Shown here one piece after another: positions 1 through 13,623 of a stretch of 64,000 nt of DNA. A model generated the notes under the pieces. The model was not told where the DNA came from. It saw nothing but the letters and a program-made list of their open reading frames with translations, and did no database searches. The DNA comes from Elsinoe ampelina (Eukaryota), in contig ML992507.1 of the NCBI GenBank assembly GCA_010093995.1, positions 555,576 through 619,575 on the forward strand, read 5' to 3'. The position numbers and the translations under genes are program-made. How positions within the stretch are numbered: position 1 is the first letter of the stretch; every line of letters starts with the position of its first letter.

Positions 1-46
1 AAACTAGATTCTAAACTAGATTCTAAACTAGATTCTAAACTAGATT
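1..46. repeat. 12-bp tandem repeat (AAACTAGATTCT, ~3.8 copies) inside the minus-strand copia relic
   Basis: Direct reading: aaactagattct x3 + aaactagatt; truncated by the window start. Confidence 0.85.
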
Positions 47-1446
47 TAGTTTAGTTATTTTCTCTACTTTATACACCCCTTTAGATTTATTAACCTCCTA
101 TAGGAGCCTTAGTAGATTAAGTAATCTAATTAGTTTTAGCTAAGGTTATTCCTCTAGCTTATAGAACGAAGTTTTATTAAATCTAACATCTCTTATTCTA
201 ATAACCTTCTTAGAGGCTAGTATAAAGATCCTAAAGATGTTAGTTAAGTTATAGCTAACTAGATAGCTAATGTAAGCCCTTAGTATAAGCTTATTACTAC
301 TTATAATAAGCTTATCTAAAGTATAAGCTTTATATCTAAGTAGCCTAAGATAAGTAACTAATAGAGAATATCTATAAAATAGCTTAAAAGAAGTCTTCTA
401 GTCTAGCTTCTTAAGAGGTATTCTATTAATTAAATAGGCTACTAATCTATATAGTTTAAAGTGTAATTCCCTTAGTAGATTAGTAAAGATAGTAATTGCT
501 CTTACTCTCCTTAATAGTATAGCTTCTATCCTTTTATTATAACTATTCTAAGCTTAAGTATAGAGAGTAGATAGCTTATAATAGATTTCTTTACTATCTA
601 GAAAGATAGTAAATTTAAGGCTAAAGGCTCTCTTATTATTACTTCTAAGAAATCTAATCTTAAAACTAAAATTACTTTTAATATAGATAATTATCTTAAT
701 ATAGATTTTATTAATCTTATATCTATAAGTATAGTTAGTAACTAGTTAATAGTTAGTAGTTCTATAAGTAAAGTAGCTTATATATCTTACTTTATTATAG
801 CTAGTAAATCTATTAATAATAATATTAAAGGTAGTTCTTTTAAATAGCTTTAATATAGCAATTTTAGTATCAAAGCTCCTTAATATAATCTACTAAGTAT
901 TTAATAGCTTATAAGTCTAATATAGAGACCTAAGATAGATTAGTTAAGCTAAGCTAGGCTTAGTTAGAGTTAGTTTACTACTAACTATAGTAGTTAGAAG
1001 GTAATTAATAGACTCTAAGCTTAGATAGCTTATAACTTTATACTAAGACTAATTAGTCCTTATAGTAACTATAGTAAAGGCTAATAGTTAAGGATTCTTA
1101 TTCTTTTTTAATACTATAGAAGTAATATAGAGAGCTTTAGAGTTATTCTCTAGTATATATTAGTTATACTTTAGTATAACTAAGAAGAGTACTTTTCCTT
1201 TATAGCTAATTTCTATAGTTTAAGTATTCTAATAGACTCTACTATTAATAAACCTCCTAAGGCTAACTAGATTAGTTATAATTAATAGTATATAGGCTAC
1301 CTTTATAAGATAGATAGTTATAGGCTTTCCTTTATAAAGAGCTATAATATTAATAGTTCTCTAACTCTTAATACTAAGTAAGGTATTACTATAGAATAGC
1401 TTCTTATAAGGTTCTATAATTCTAGTAACCTTATATCTATCCTTTA

Positions 1447-1497
1447 NNNNNNNNNNNNNNNNNNNNNNNNNNNNNNNNNNNNNNNNNNNNNNNNNNN
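1447..1497. other. Assembly gap (51 N)
   Basis: Run of N. Confidence 0.99.
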
Positions 1498-2256
1498 ATA
1501 AATACTAAGTATAATCTAATAGTAATAGCTATATTAATTAACACTAGTAGAGTTAACCCCTTCTAATATTATACTTCCTTAGTAATAAAAGCCTTAATTC
1601 TCTCTTTAAGAGTCTTATTATTTAGCCTTTATTTAACCTCCTTTATAGTCTACTAGTTTAGTGTCTATCCTTCTAGCCTTAGATACTTATTTAAGTAATA
1701 GTACTTAATCTACTTATACTAGCCTTAGTATATATATTTAGGCTCTCTAGAGAGACTAGGTTTCTTATAAAGAACATTCTTAGTAGCTATAGAGAAGGCC
1801 GTAGCTCCCTTACTAGCCTTTATAGTGCTATATAGCTTATAGAGTTTATAAAACTATCTAAACTTAGTAATTAGTTTAAGTATAGTTAGTAGAGTTAGTA
1901 AATCTAGATTAATAAGATACTTATTAGTAAATACTAGTTTAGTCTTTAAGATAGAGAGTAAGAAGTCTCTCTATAGCCTTAAGCCTTAAGCTTCTAGTAG
2001 ATTATAGTTCCTAGCCTTATCTATAACCTTTTTCTATTACTAAAGCTAATAGTCTATATTCTATAAGGAAGAGCTAGATAGCTACTTTCTCTAGAGTACT
2101 TTAACCTTAAGCTAAATAGCTATATTAGATAGAGCAAATCTATTCTTTAATGCTCTAAGGATAGCCTATAGATAAGGATCCTCTTCTAGTTAGATAATAG
2201 TAAGAACTTATAGTATAATTAATAACTAAATAAGGCTAGCTAAATTAGCTAAGGCC

Positions 2257-2457
2257 TATTAAGAATATAGCTCTCTCTAGATAATTAGGCTATAAAGTTA
2301 TATAACCTTAAGTTATGTAATGCTAAGGCCTAGAGATTTATAGCTATTCTTTCTTCTAGTAGATAGACTCCTTAATTAATTAACTCGTCTATTACCTAAT
2401 TAGTGTACGATTAGTTCTATATAATATTCCACTCCTAAACGTGCCTTCTACTTAATA
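2257..2457 (+). repeat. 5' LTR of copia element B (201 bp)
   Basis: TATTAAGAAT...CTTAATA (RIPped TG..CA ends); near-identical to three other copies. Confidence 0.92.
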
Positions 2458-4475
2458 GGTTATAAGCCCGGAGCTATAGTATAAGTATAGGATTATATAT
2501 ACCGTAGTTAAGTATCTATATTATTAAAATCAGACCGGATTCTATTAGTATTCTCCTCTGTTTCTCCTTTATTATCTTAATCTTAGATAGATTAGTAGAG
2601 GCAGTATAAAGCGTAAAAGACTAGTTACTTAGTGTATTAAGTAGGACATATTAAGACGTCTACTATAGATTTATTTCTATAATTGTATAATAGCTGCTAT
2701 TTATTAGCTATAAACAACTAAACAATATTTGTTTTATTACTGTTTTCTCTCTTAAGATTAAGCACCTATTAATCTTATTAATAATTATCTAGTTAAGACT
2801 AGTATAGAGATCTTAACACCTAGAAGAATTAACTTAAAGGTTATTAACCTCCGGATTCTAACCTTTATCTATTTATTTATAAAGTTCTTTTCTACTCTAG
2901 AACTTATCTTTAGCTATAGAAAATAACAATACCTAATTAAGGCAGCTAGTACCTATACTCTCTAAAGATAACTATAAGAAGTAGTTCTAATAAATAAAGC
3001 TCTAGCTTATATTAAAGAAGGTATTATAGACCCTTACTTCCCTTACTAAACTATTAGTAATAACTCTAGAGTTATTATTAACTTCCTTATTTAACTCCTA
3101 GTATTCTCCTCTATTAGTAGAGGAGAATAGTACTACCCTTTACTAGATCTATAGATATATCTCTAAGAGAGATTAAGAGATAATTTAGAAATAGTAGTAG
3201 GCTAAACTAACTTAGGAGAAGCTAAAGAGTAAGTATATAAAGTAGATAAGTAAATAAGTAAGACAACTTTAAAAAGAGTTTATAATATATACTATAGGTA
3301 ATAATATAACTATCTTAGATGCCTAGTTATACTTAACTATATTAGGAAGGAGAATTAATAGGTCTTTAGAGATTAAGTAATACTTCTTACTAATAACAAA
3401 AATTTAAAGACTACTTAGTACTCTTCTAGCTTTATAGTTAGCTATAAGAGATGCCTTAGATACTTAACTCTACCTTAGTATAGATAAGATCTATAACATT
3501 CTTAAAGAAAAGAAAGTACAAAAGAGAGAAAGGAAATCTACTATGTTTATAAGAGGTAAGCTATAATAGGGAACTAGTAGAAGCTTAAATTATATATATA
3601 TCTTATATAAGAAACCTAGATACTCTATATTAAGGTGTCCTTATCTCTAATAAGCTAAGAAGTATATCTAGCTATTCTATAGAGTTACTAAAAGGAGTAG
3701 CTCTATAAGGAGGTAGTTACCTAAGCGCTAGGAACTACTTAAACTTATAAGATAGCTTACTAAGAGAATAGACTTCCTTAAAGTAGCTAAATTAAGAAGG
3801 AGAGGCAAAGCCTATCTAGCTACTAAGAGTAGTTTATTATTAATATCTCTATCTCTACTACTAGAAGTTCTACCTAGGGATAAAGAGCTTAAAACTATAA
3901 GTTCTATATTAAAGATTTAAAGTAAGCTTCTATATTATTAGTAGATACTTAACTCTAGAGTATCTAACTATATAATAGATAAGCTAACTCTCTTTAGAGG
4001 CCTATTAAGTAAGATTTACACTCGATAGATCTAGGTTAAGGGGGGTTACCTTTAGTTATAGTTAATAGGAACTATAGTTATTAAGACTAAGAAGAGAAAT
4101 AAGATAAAGATATAGGCTCTTTATATACCTAATCTTAGTATTAATTTAGTCTCCTATTATAAGCTATACTTAGATTTAGGGGTTTCTAGAGTTCTTAATT
4201 TAAATTCTTTTCTTATCCTTAATTAGTAAAAGCAACTATTACTTAAAGCTAGAATTTAAGGGGGAGTATATATTATCTAATTCCTCTTTAAGTAATTAGC
4301 TAATTAAAAGCCGCATTCTAGATCTAAGCTCGGCTTAATTCTAGATCTAGCTAATTAGGATTTAGCATTCCTTACTACCTAGCCTATAATTATATTATAG
4401 ACTAAGTATATATATCTAACCTAGGATAAGTAATAAGAGGATCTTATTAACTTAGGACCTAATAACTCTAAGATA

Positions 4476-4677
4476 TGCTAAGAATATAGCTCTCTCTAGA
4501 TAATTAGGCCCGAAGGTTACATGACTATAGGTTATGTAATGCTAAGTCCTAGGGATTCATAGCTATTCTTTCCTTCGGTAGATAGACTCCTTAATCAATT
4601 AACTCGTCTATCACCTAACTAGTGTGCGGATTGGTTCTATACAATACTCCACCCCTAAACGTGTCTTCCGCTTAACA
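4476..4677 (+). repeat. 5' LTR of copia element A (202 bp)
   Basis: TGCTAAGAAT...CTTAACA followed by GGTTATAAGCCC. Confidence 0.93.
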
Positions 4678-7600
4678 GGTTATAAGCCCGGAGCTTATAG
4701 CACAAGTATAGGATTATATATATAGTAGTTAGCCTACTACTTAAACAAAACAGAAGCGGAATTACAATATCCCTACCGCCTTATAGTTAACTATCTAGAT
4801 ACCTTTAGTAAGCCTAGTAGACTGTACTATAAGTCGTGAAAGATTATACTACTTAGGACAACAAGTAGGAATAGCACTTCTATTTAGCATAGGTTTAACT
4901 CCTGTAATTGTTCTACTATAGCTACTATTTATTAGCTAGATTAACTAAACATATTCGATTTATTAACTTCCTCTAAGGCCTAGCTAGCCTCATAGACAAC
5001 TATTAACTAGAGGTTATTAACTAAACTCGACCTTTATCTATTTATTTAATTCTCTTCTCCTTAGAGAACTTAATTCCTAACTATAGAAGATTAGTTCTTA
5101 TCTTTAAGAAGACTAGTTGTTAAGCTTAATAGACTTAACTAGAGAGAATAGTTCTACTAGATAGAAATGTACCTTATAAGTAAGGATACCTTCTAGACTA
5201 TTCGTAGTTAGACTACCCCTTTAGTAACACTATTATCCGATAACACCTCTAGCTCCTTTTTAGTCCCACCTATCAAGTTAAAGGACTAGCAAAAGGCTAA
5301 TGCAACTGCTAAGTACTAGGTTGTCTAGTGTATCTTATAAGATAACAAAGAGTTGCTATATAAGGAAGAGCTTATATTAGAATATTAGAGATTGCTTAAG
5401 TCTAAGTATAAAATAAACCTCAAGGCAAGCGTAAGGGAGCTAGTTATTTAATTTGTAAACTACAAGATAGATAAGTAGGACACTATTAATAAAGCTTAGT
5501 CCTACCTTGCTAGCTTAGGAAGATAGATCGCTATTGTCTACCTAGACAAGGGTTATTAGAGGGCAGTAGAGAGATTGTAGTAGCTTCTCTCTTCTCTTCC
5601 TAACGACTATAGGTTTACAAGGTAAGCAATTAAAGCAAGGGGATTAACTAACACAGATAAGGTCCTTCTTATTCTTAAGGAGGAAGAGAGACGCCTTAGC
5701 AAGTATAAGATTGCTATATTTGCTAGGGGGAGACCAAATTAAGGACCTAGTAGAAGTACAAGCTATATATATATCCTCTGCTTATAGGCTAGTTACACCG
5801 TGACTAGATGCCCTTAACTTTAAAGAGTATAGAGGCATATTTAGCCTTCCTATAGGATTACTAAGAGCCTACTAAGGAGGAGAAGATCTCTATTAGCTTC
5901 TAATAATCTAGTTACTCTTATTAGGTATCTCACTAAGAAGGTTAATAGACTAGAAGCAGTATCTAAGTTAAAGAAAGGTAAAGCCTTTACTACTACTAAA
6001 GGCCGGTCCGAACCTTCCTCTCTAATTTTAACTCTACTACCTAAAGTTCTATTAGGTAAAGAGGAACTTAAGACTATAGGCTCTACATTAGAGGTATAAG
6101 GTAAGCTTCTACATTATTAGTAGATACTTAACTCTAGAGTATCTAACTATATAATAGACAAGCTAACTCTCTTTAGGGGCCTATTAAGCAAGATACGCAC
6201 TCGATGGATCTAGGTTAGGGGGGGTTACCTTTAGTTACAGTTAATAGGAACTGCTGTTATTAAGACTAAGAAGGGAGATAAGATAAAGGTATAGGCTCTT
6301 TATGTACCTAATCTTAGTGTTAATTTAGTCTCCTATCGCAAGCTATATATAGATTTAGGAGTTTCTAGAGTTCTTAATTTAAATTCTTTTCTTATTCTTA
6401 ATTCACAAAAGCAGCTACTACTTAAAGCCAGAATTTAAGGGGGGGTATACATTATCTAATCCCTCTTTAAGTAGTTAGCTAATTAAAAGCCGCATTCTAG
6501 ATCTAAGCCCGGCTTAATTCTAGATTTAGCCAATTAGGACATAGTATTCCTTGCTACTTAGCTAGTAATTATATCACACACTAAGTATGCATATCTAACC
6601 TAGGATAAGCAACATAAGGATCTTATTAATTTAAGACCCGACAACTCTAACACAGAGTACTAACTCTAGCATAGGAGATTTGCTTACCTTAGAGTTAAGA
6701 AGCTTAGGGATCTTTATAAGGTTATAACCCTTAAGAAGCCTATTAATTTGAACTATGATTTGTTAATCCTATGTGAGGTCTATTCCTTAACAAAGATAAG
6801 GAACAGAAGAGGCAAAACTTCATAGAGAAGACTAGAGGTTCTTTAGCTTGTTTATGCTAACATCTATAGCCTAATTAAAGCAAGTAGGGAAGGATTTAGA
6901 TACTTCCTAGAGCTTATAGACAGCCATTTAAGGATGACATGGATTATACCACTTAAGACAAGAGATGAAGCCCTATAGAGGCTTATTAAGTAGAAGCTAA
7001 GGGTTAAGAAGGAAAGTAATGCCAAAGTTAAGGTTACTAGATTAGACAATGCTAGTAAGCTTAACAAGATCCTAAAGTAGTAGGAGCGCTAAGAAGACAT
7101 CTATTATATAACTACTAAGCTATACAATTTAATCTAGAATAGACTAGTAGAGAAAGGCATCTAAACCTTAGAGAATAGCATAAGAGCAATGCTTAAGGAC
7201 TTAAAGATACTAAATGAGTTCTAGCCTAAAGCAGTTTAGGTAGATGTATATCTAAGGAACAGGACAGCAACTGGACCTATAATTAATGATAAGCAAGTTA
7301 TACCAATTAAGGCCTACATAGGTATTAAGCCATTAGTTAATTATATTAGAGTCTAGGGCTATAAGGTATATACCTATATAAACCTAAAGTCCCTTCCTAT
7401 ACATAGAAGAAAAGATAAGCTTATAGATAGAGGGAGAGTAGGAGTATTCCTTAGCTATGTAGATAGAACTAACAGGATGTATAAGATATAGGCACCTAAC
7501 AGAAAGGCAGTAATTGTATTACTAAATGTTAAGTTCTCTAAATTTAAGAAAGATAGAAATATTAATCTTAGTATTAAGATTAGCACCACGAGCAATTAAG

Positions 7601-8225
7601 CACTAGTTAGGAGACTAATTAGTAGACTAACCTAGATCCGAGCCCGGCTTAATCCTAAGGTAGACTAATTAGATTAGCCTATTTAGCAAGAAGCGCCTAT
7701 AGGGAGAATCTTCTTACACATCGAGATCCTAAGGGTTAACCCTGTTAACCTTACAGAATTCTAACGTAGAGAAGAGCCAATAGTTTAATCTATATTACCT
7801 AATTATGTAGGTCAATCACTTAAGAGATTAAGAGATAAAGAATCTAATAATAAAGAGCCTAAGGCAAAGTATTATAGAGCATTTATTGCTAAGTGTATTA
7901 ATTAGTAAGATAAGGTTAATAAGATTGCTATAATAGCCTCTATTAAGCAATATGTCCCAATTCTAAGAGACTACTATAAGGCTATTACTAATCTAGTTTA
8001 GAGAAGCAAGTGGCAGGAAGCAATTAATGTAGAGCTTAATGCTCTAGGATTAAACAACACATAGGAAGAGGTTATCCCTCTAAAAGGATTAAACTTAGTA
8101 ATATCTAAGTAGGTCTTTAATGTTAAGTATAACACGGATAGCTCTATTAAGAAGTTTAAGGCTAGACTTGTTACTAGAGGCTTCTTATAGAAGTATAGCA
8201 TTAACTATAAAGACACATTTATACT

Positions 8226-9023
8226 NNNNNNNNNNNNNNNNNNNNNNNNNNNNNNNNNNNNNNNNNNNNNNNNNNNNNNNNNNNNNNNNNNNNNNNNNNN
8301 NNNNNNNNNNNNNNNNNNNNNNNNNNNNNNNNNNNNNNNNNNNNNNNNNNNNNNNNNNNNNNNNNNNNNNNNNNNNNNNNNNNNNNNNNNNNNNNNNNNN
8401 NNNNNNNNNNNNNNNNNNNNNNNNNNNNNNNNNNNNNNNNNNNNNNNNNNNNNNNNNNNNNNNNNNNNNNNNNNNNNNNNNNNNNNNNNNNNNNNNNNNN
8501 NNNNNNNNNNNNNNNNNNNNNNNNNNNNNNNNNNNNNNNNNNNNNNNNNNNNNNNNNNNNNNNNNNNNNNNNNNNNNNNNNNNNNNNNNNNNNNNNNNNN
8601 NNNNNNNNNNNNNNNNNNNNNNNNNNNNNNNNNNNNNNNNNNNNNNNNNNNNNNNNNNNNNNNNNNNNNNNNNNNNNNNNNNNNNNNNNNNNNNNNNNNN
8701 NNNNNNNNNNNNNNNNNNNNNNNNNNNNNNNNNNNNNNNNNNNNNNNNNNNNNNNNNNNNNNNNNNNNNNNNNNNNNNNNNNNNNNNNNNNNNNNNNNNN
8801 NNNNNNNNNNNNNNNNNNNNNNNNNNNNNNNNNNNNNNNNNNNNNNNNNNNNNNNNNNNNNNNNNNNNNNNNNNNNNNNNNNNNNNNNNNNNNNNNNNNN
8901 NNNNNNNNNNNNNNNNNNNNNNNNNNNNNNNNNNNNNNNNNNNNNNNNNNNNNNNNNNNNNNNNNNNNNNNNNNNNNNNNNNNNNNNNNNNNNNNNNNNN
9001 NNNNNNNNNNNNNNNNNNNNNNN
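8226..9023. other. Assembly gap (798 N) covering the RT of element A
   Basis: Run of N; flanks match element B at 11239 and 12169. Confidence 0.99.
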
Positions 9024-9461
9024 TTTTAACCTCTACTATAGAGGCTAAATATATAGTAATATACTCTTATATAAAGAGATTATAGTTCCTATCTCAGTTA
9101 CTAAGAGACATAGGCTGTTATAAGATAGTTAGTTAATCACCTTAGAAGCTAACTATAAAGGAGTCTTAGAAAGCAATAATAAGATTACTCTTTACTACTA
9201 AGATCAATAGTAATAACTAGGCGGCTCTTTCACTTATAAAGGAGCTATATACTTATAAAAGAGCAAAACACATTAATGTTGCTTACTACTACGTTAGGAG
9301 GCTATAGAGGGACTAGAGGATATAGGTTAAGTTTATAAGGACAGTAGACATAGTAGCTAATAGGTTAACTAAGCTATTATAAGGTTAGAACTTTACGAGG
9401 TTTATAAAGCAACTTAGCTTATTATTAACCTAATAGCTCATCTATAGGAGCTAAGTGGGAG

Positions 9462-9663
9462 TGCTAAGAATATAGCTCTCTCTAGATAATTAGGCCCGAA
9501 GGTCACATAACTATAGGTCATATGATACTAAGTCCTAGGGATTCATAGCTGTTCTTTCCTTCGGTAGATAGACTCCTTAATTAATTAACTCGTCTATCAC
9601 TTAACTAGTGTACGAATTGGTTCTATATAATACTCTACCCCTAAACGTGCCTTCCGCTTAACA
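9462..9663 (+). repeat. 3' LTR of copia element A
   Basis: TGCTAAGAAT...CTTAACA followed by TSD AGATA. Confidence 0.93.
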
Positions 9664-12606
9664 AGATAGAGTATTAGCTCTAGTATAGGAGATTTACTTA
9701 CCTTAGAATTAAGAAGCTTAGCGATCTTTATAAAGTTATAACTCTTAAGAAATCTATTAACCTAAACTATAATCTGTCTATTCTATATAAGGTCTATTCC
9801 CTTACTAAGATAAGGAACAGAAGAGGTAAAACCTTATAGAGAAGACTAGAAGTTCTTTAGCTTATCTATACTAACATCTATAGCCTAATTAAAGTAAGTA
9901 GAGAAGGATTTAGATACTTCCTAGAGCTTATAGATAGCTACTTAAGGATAATATAGATTAGTCTACTTAAGACAAGAGATAAAGCTCTATAAAGGCTTAT
10001 TAAGTAGAAGCTAAGAGTTAAGAAGGAAAGTAATACTAAAGTTAAGGTTACTAGATTAAATAATACTAGTAAATTTAATAAGATTCTAAAGTAGTAAGAG
10101 CGCTAAGAAGGTATCTATTATACAACTACTAAGTTATATAATTTAATTTAGAATAGACTAGTAGAGAAAGGCATCTAAACCTTAGAGAATAGTATAAGAG
10201 CAATACTTAAGGACTTAAAGATGCTAAATAAGTTCTAGCCTAAAGTAGTTTAGGTAGATATATATCTAAGAAACAGGACAGTAACTAGACCTATAATTAA
10301 TAATAAGCAAGTTACACCTATTAAGGCCTATATAGGTATTAAGCTATTAGTTAATTATATTAGGGTCTAGAGCTATAAGGTATATACCTATATAAACCTA
10401 AAGTCTCTTCCTATACATAGAAGAAAAGATAAGCTTATAGATAGAGAGAGAGTAGAAGTATTCCTTAGCTATATAGATAGAACTAATAGGATATATAAGA
10501 TATAGGCACCTAATAGGAAGGTAGTAATTATATTACTAAATGTTAAATTCTCTAAGTTTAAGAAAGGTAGTAATATTAATCTTAGTATTAGGATTAATAC
10601 TATAAGCAATTAAGTACTAGTTAGGAGACTAGTTAGTAGACTAACTCAGATTTAGACTAAGGTTAGATCTAGGATAGACTAACTAAATTAGCCTATTTAG
10701 AATAAAGCACCTATAGGGAGAATCTTCTTATATATTAAGATCCTAAGAGTTAACTCTATTAACATTATAGATTTCTAACGTAGAGAAGAACTAATAGTTT
10801 AATCTTTACTAACTAACTATATAAGTTAATTACTTAAGAGATTAAGAGATAATAACTCTAATAATAAAAGCCCTAAAGCTAAGTACTATAGAGCTTTTAT
10901 TACTAAGTACATTAATTAGTAAGATAAGGTTAATAAGATTACTATAATAGCCTCTATTAAGTAATATGTTCTAATCCTAAGAGACTACTATAAGGCTGTT
11001 ACTAATCTAGTATAGGAAAGCAAATAGTAGAAAGTAATTAATATAGAGCTTAATACTCTATACTTAAATAATACATAGAAAGAGGTTATTCCTCTAAAGG
11101 GATCTAACTTAGTAATATCTAAATAGGTCTTTAATGTTAAGTATAACATAGATAGCTCTATTAAAAAGTTTAAGGCTAGACTAGTTACTAGAGGCTTCTT
11201 ATAGAAGTATAGTATTAACTATAAAGACATATTTATACTAATAGTTAAAGTAGATACACTTAGACTATTCTTTACTATTATATATATACTTAACCTTAAG
11301 TATTATTAGGTAGATATTAATAATACCTTTATAGAATTCTTTCTTTATAAAAAGATTTATATAAGGCTACTACCTAGACTAAAGGTTAGTCCTAGATTTA
11401 CCTTCCGGATTCTAAGGAGCTTATATAGACTTAAGTAAGCTACTAGAGACTAGAACTAGTACTATATCTCTAAGCTCCTAAAGCTAGGCTTTACTTAGAG
11501 TAAAGTAAATCTCTATCTTCTTATATACTATAATAAGAAGATTATTCTCTTAGTGTATATTAATAATATACTATTTATAGCATAAAGCAAGGAGAACATC
11601 TAGTAGTTTAAGTAAGAACTTAGTAAGATCTTTAAGATTAAAGATCTTAGTAAGGTTAATAAAGTTCTTAGAGTTAAGGTTATAAGAGATAGATAATAAG
11701 GCACCTTAAGACTTAATTAAATCTACTATATAAATAATGTACTATAGAGGCTTAATATAACCTCTAATAAGGTTACTCTAACAAAGTAGCTAATAGATAA
11801 TAAGCTTCCTTAAAGAGCTTAGAAAGATAATATAAAGTTTAGTAGAACTAAGTACTTATATACTATTAGAAGCTAGATGTACCTTAGCACTCTAATAAGG
11901 CTAGATACTGCCTTTACCTTAGAAAGGCTAAGTTAGTTTATAGTAGATCTAATAGACAGTTATACTATTAAGATAAAGAAGATATTAAGATATATTAGAT
12001 TAACTAAAGATCTTAGTATTATATTTAGAAGGAATAGAAATAAGACTCTTAAGGGATACTCTAATTTAGACTATACCTTAGACAAGTTAGATAGGGTCTC
12101 TATTCTTAGATATGTCTTTATACTTATAGGTAGTTCTATTAGCTAGATAAGTAGAAAGTAGAAGTCTGTTTTAATCTCTACTATAGAGGCTAAATATATA
12201 GTAATATACTCTTATATAAAGAGATTATAGTTCCTATCTTAGTTACTAAGAGATATAGGCTATTATAAGATAGTTAGGCAATTACTATAGAGGCTAACTA
12301 TAAAAGAATCTTAGAAAGCAATAATAAGATTACCCTTTACTACTAGGATTAATAGTAATAACTAAGTAGCTCTTTTACTTATAAAAGAGCTATATACTTA
12401 TAAAAGGGTAAAGCACATTAATGTTGCTTACTACTACGTTAGGAGGCTATAGAGGGACTAGAGGATTTAAGTAGAGTTTATAAGGACAGTAGACATAGTA
12501 GCTAATAGGTTAACTAAGCTATTATAAGGTTAAATCTTTATAAGGTTTATAAAGCAACTTAGCTTATTATTAACCTAATAGCTTATCTATAGGAGCTAAA
12601 TAGGAG

Positions 12607-12807
12607 TGTTAAGAATATAGCTCTCTCTAGATAATTAGGCTATAAAGTTATATAACCTTAAGTCATATAATGCTAAGGCCTAGGAATTTATAGCTATTCT
12701 TTCTTCTAGTAGATAGACTCCTTAATTAATTAACTTATCTATTACCTAATTAGTGTACGATTGGTTCTATATAATATTCTACCTCTAAATGTGCCTTCTG
12801 CTTAATA
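12607..12807 (+). repeat. 3' LTR of copia element B
   Basis: TGTTAAGAAT...CTTAATA followed by TSD AGGCC. Confidence 0.92.
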
Positions 12808-13623
12808 AGGCCTTATATTATTTATTATACTATACTTATTCCTCCTTATATATCTAGAAGAGTACTAAGAAGTTAACATTTACTACTTCTAGCCTCTAAG
12901 GCTTAGGGAGCCCCTTTAGCTTAATAGTCTTCTAGGGATTAATAAGGTTCTATATCTTAGTATTTAAAGCTCTTATCTTAATAATATATAGCTATCCTAT
13001 TTAGCTAATATAGTAAGAATAATAGGTGTTTTAGCTATTAAAGTGTTAGTATCTATAGTTGTTTATCTCTTTATTAATATCTAAATCTTATAGTTATAAT
13101 TAAGATAGTTCTTAATAGATTCTAATACTTAAAAAGCGAAATAATAGAGAATTAACTAATAGATAGAGTAAGAAAGTAACTAAGTAATCTACTTATATAG
13201 GGGTAGTTATACTAGGCTTATAACTGTTAACTTATATAGGGAGGGAAAAAGATTAATTACTACCTAAACTACTAAAATAAGGTAGATTATAACTATATAA
13301 ATACTTAACCTAGTATACTAAAAGATAGCTAAATCGAAAGAACTCCTTAATAGTAACAGATTAAGACAATAATTATCTAATTTAATCATAGATTAGTAAA
13401 ATGGTAAGATAGTGTTCAGTTCAGCCTTGGGATGAACTGAATCAGGGTCTTCTTGGCGCTCCAGCTTATGCCTCGGTTGACAAGGCGGATAGGTCACGTG
13501 CAAGACGGACCCACCTTGCTTACATCTATTCCCTTCGACGTTTTGCCATCCTACCCCACCACGATCCCCTATAGTCGAACAGACGGAATCGCAGGTAGCG
13601 TACAGGACGGTGCAACAGAACAA

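Larger units (their letters stand above)
4476..9663 (+). mobile_element. RIP-degraded Ty1/copia LTR retrotransposon A (inner, younger), RT region lost in an N gap
   Basis: LTRs 4476-4677 and 9462-9663 with intact TG...CA ends; TSD AGATA at 4471-4475 and 9664-9668; PBS at 4678-4689; purine-rich tract just before 9462; pol collinear with element B. Confidence 0.94.
2257..12807 (+). mobile_element. RIP-degraded Ty1/copia LTR retrotransposon B (outer element, ~5.36 kb without the insert)
   Basis: LTRs 2257-2457 and 12607-12807; TSD AGGCC at 2252-2256 and 12808-12812; PBS GGTTATAAGCCC after the 5' LTR. Order is protease relic (~3940), integrase (~9670-10500), RT (IILLVYINNI = YVDD after G>A, ~11556), RNase H ('KHINVAYYYVR'), i.e. 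copia order. Confidence 0.93.
1..13352 (-). mobile_element. RIP-degraded Ty1/copia element C (minus strand, different family), interrupted at 2252-12812 by element B; runs off the window start
   Basis: Minus strand ~220-480 translates, after undoing RIP, to integrase-region motifs 'VAYLINRIPLKKLD(W)KT.F.LFY' and 'KL..RA(H)I(G)YLV(G)Y(DS)TNIFRIF'. Minus-strand PBS-like GTTATAAGCC at 13224-13215 abuts a candidate LTR TGTTAA(13225)...TTAATA(13352). Confidence 0.7.

Noticed and set aside
1..46. Terminal repeat as a telomere
   Set aside because: The unit is not TTAGGG-like and lies within a copia coding relic.
6864..8201. Short minus-strand hydrophobic ORFs
   Set aside because: Antisense chance frames in a RIP-mutated transposon.
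8120..9085. 321-aa ORF
   Set aside because: Artefact of the N gap inside RIPped pol.
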